From an uncultured Acidobacteriota bacterium (GTDB lineage Bacteria > Acidobacteriota > Blastocatellia > RBC074), in contig CAWCKY010000006.1 of assembly GCA_963796275.1 (NCBI GenBank), positions 1,920,001 through 1,984,000 on the forward strand: a stretch of DNA of 64,000 nucleotides, in the 5' to 3' direction. Under the pieces are notes generated by a model. It saw only the letters and a program-made list of their open reading frames with translations, was not told the DNA's origin and made no database searches. A program made the translations under genes and the position numbers. Numbering within the stretch: position 1 is the stretch's first letter; each line of letters starts with the position of its first letter. Below are positions 61,683 to 64,000 of the stretch, one piece after another.

Positions 61683-62522
61683 ATGATGGAAGAATTCAGA
61701 GATAAGGTTGCTGTTATCACAGGCGCTGCTAGCGGCATTGGTCGTGGATTGGCAGAGCGATGTGCTCAAGAAGGGATGAAAGTCGTTCTCGCCGACATCG
61801 ACGAAACGGGTTTGGCCCAAACAGAGCGGGAGTTGAGAGAGGCGAAGGCCGATGTTTTAGCCGTGCGGACAGATGTTTCCAAATTCAATGACGTTGATGC
61901 ATTAGCGCAAAGAACGCTCGATACTTTTGGTGCCGTGCATCTGTTATTCAATAACGCGGGTGTCGGCGCCGGGGCGACTGTCTGGGAAAGCACTCTGGCG
62001 GATTGGCAATGGGTGATGGGCGTCAATTTATGGGGCGTGATTCATGGCATACGGACGTTTGTGCCACTGATGCTGAAGCAAGCGGACGAATGCCACATCG
62101 TCAACACCGCTTCGATAGTGGGATTGGTTTCTGGACCTGGTCTCGGAGTATATAAAGTTACCAAGCAGGGAGTAGTTTCGCTGTCGGAAACGCTCTACTG
62201 CGAGTTGGCAGCGATCGGTGCGAAAATCAGAGTTTCCGTTTTATGCCCAGCGGGTGTGAACACCCGAATTATGGATTCCGAACGTAATCGTCCCGTAGAA
62301 CTACAAAACGCTGCGGCGGAAGTGTTGCTTAATCCAATATTCGTGCAGAACGAAGCGATGCTTCGTCATCTCGTCGAAACCGGTTTGTCCCCGCTGCAAG
62401 TCGCCGACGCCGTATTCGATGCTATTCGGGAAGAGCGGTTTTACATCTTGACGCACGAGGATTGGAAGCCGATGGTGCAGAAACGTATGAATGATATTCT
62501 ACAAGAAAAAAACCCTTTCTAG
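61683..62522 (+). CDS. SDR oxidoreductase
   Basis: TGAASGIG, NNAGV, YKVTK. Confidence 0.95.
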   Translation: MMEEFRDKVAVITGAASGIGRGLAERCAQEGMKVVLADIDETGLAQTERELREAKADVLAVRTDVSKFNDVDALAQRTLDTFGAVHLLFNNAGVGAGATVWESTLADWQWVMGVNLWGVIHGIRTFVPLMLKQADECHIVNTASIVGLVSGPGLGVYKVTKQGVVSLSETLYCELAAIGAKIRVSVLCPAGVNTRIMDSERNRPVELQNAAAEVLLNPIFVQNEAMLRHLVETGLSPLQVADAVFDAIREERFYILTHEDWKPMVQKRMNDILQEKNPF

Positions 62523-62559
62523 TCCAATGTAATCTAATACTATTTAAACTTGGAGGCAT

Positions 62560-63732
62560 ATGTCATTAACGATCATATACGACGATCGTTCGTTGTCAGT
62601 CGCAAGCGCTAAATCAGAGGGTAACAACCTATGGCTCTCACTCGATGATTTACGAGCTACGACGGGTTGGGAACTCAAACCTCAGGGAATATGCAAAGGT
62701 GAGGTCTGCGTGCCGATACCAGCCGGACGCGAAAAAGATTTTGTCAGGGCAGATGGCAAACAGTTCAATCTTTCCGCGCTCGCCCGGCAGCTCAATCAAC
62801 CCTCTGTCCACGATGACGTCCACGCAGTGTGGTATTTCGGCGAGGCGGTAAATTCAAAAGATAATTCCTGGCAGTCCCTGCAAGCGCCTGATTTTACGCT
62901 CCCCGATCTCGATGGCCGATTGCATTCACTCTCAGAATATCGCGGCAAGAAGATTCTTCTGGTTTCGTGGGCTTCCTGGTGAGGTTGTCGTTTCGACCTG
63001 CCAGTGTGGCAGGGACTCTATGAAGAATTAAAAGACAGAAATTTTCTCATCATCTCCGTAGCCTTCGATACTGGCGGCGTTGCCGCTGTAAAAAACTGGA
63101 TCCGCCCGTCGACGCCAGCCATGATTCCTAAGGAACTGATCGATATTATGGGCTGGGAAGAAACGCTGAGCAGCAGATCGGCAATTCCTGCATATCCTTG
63201 CCTGATCGATGAGAAACACATAGTTGCTGAACGATTCAACATGTTGAATGTGCCAACCGCGGTGTGGATCGACGAATCCGGTCGGATCGTCCGCCCCGCG
63301 GAACCAGCCGGTGCGACTGATGGATTCCGTTCGATGGACCGGACTACGTACAAGATGCCAAAGGAGATAGCAGTCGCCGGCAAACAAATGCGCAGACGAT
63401 ATATCGATGCGATTCGTAATTGGGTCGAGAAAGGCGATGCCAGCATATACGCTCTCCCGCCCGACGAAGTCCAACGACGTATGCGCGGCAAGACGGAGAA
63501 CGAATCCCTGGCGGCAGCCAATTTCCGTCTGGGCCAATACCTGTATGAGCATGGCCAGCACCAAGATGCGCAAAAATACTTTGCTGAAGCAAAACGATTA
63601 CATCCGGAAAATTGGAGTTACAAACGGCAGAGCTGGGAGTTAGAAGCGCTGGGGAAAGCCTCCGGCCCAGAATTCTGGGCGGAGGTGGATGCGTTGGGAG
63701 AAAAACCGTACTACCCGCCGGTTAATTTGTAA
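62560..63732 (+). CDS. Probable selenoprotein: ResA/TlpA-like redoxin with WASW-U-GC motif and C-terminal TPR-like helix
   Basis: ORFs 62560-62982 and 63004-63732 are in frame across one TGA (62980-62982) at the redox position: APDFTLPDLDG..LVSWASW*GCRFDLPVWQ. Confidence 0.85.
62997..63013 (+). promoter_or_regulatory. Putative bacterial SECIS hairpin
   Basis: CCTGCCA-GTG-TGGCAGG perfect stem with a G-containing loop, starting 14 nt after the UGA. Confidence 0.7.
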
Positions 63733-64000
63733 CCGCTCGAAAATTGTTCGCGTGTGTCGCCGCGAAAGGGATGAACGCACCTCATTGTTGCCATCATCCC
63801 ATTCTGCGGCAATCATCTGGATAATCGCGAGACCTCAAAACGAGCACTCTTATGCGATTAAACGTGATCAAGATTTATTATGCATAATTTATTATGCGTA
63901 AATTATTATGCGTTATATTGCTGAACAAAGGCCGTAATCGAGCTAATGAAAGCAATCAAATCATGCCCGCAGTTTTTCGTCCAAAACAGCAGGTTACAGC

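Overview
Bacterial chromosomal segment, most consistent with Acidobacteriota (inferred from the duplicated orphan permease, Oar-type TonB receptors and DUF1553/DUF1501 genes). The left half (1-30.7 kb) holds cell-envelope and carbohydrate genes: two TonB-dependent receptors, GH16 and GH43 hydrolases, a standalone ketoacyl synthase, an exosortase K-like gene with a VIT/vWA substrate, and a cytochrome c-DUF1553/DUF1501/TBDR/NHL operon. The right half (31.1 to about 61 kb) is a large decaying chromosomal integron. It has an intI pseudogene whose 5' end is replaced by an inverted half attC, and more than 20 complete or partial attC sites in two host-type subfamilies plus shorter foreign types. About 30 small cassette or cassette-like genes follow, mostly small-molecule-modifying folds. 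The array also contains an IS110 remnant inserted inside an attC, a TnpB/IS605 right-end remnant and deletion-made chimeric ORFs. The window ends with a UGA-interrupted redoxin (WASW-U-GC) followed by a SECIS-like hairpin, probably a selenoprotein. All calls come from reading the sequence and motifs by eye; no database searches were run.
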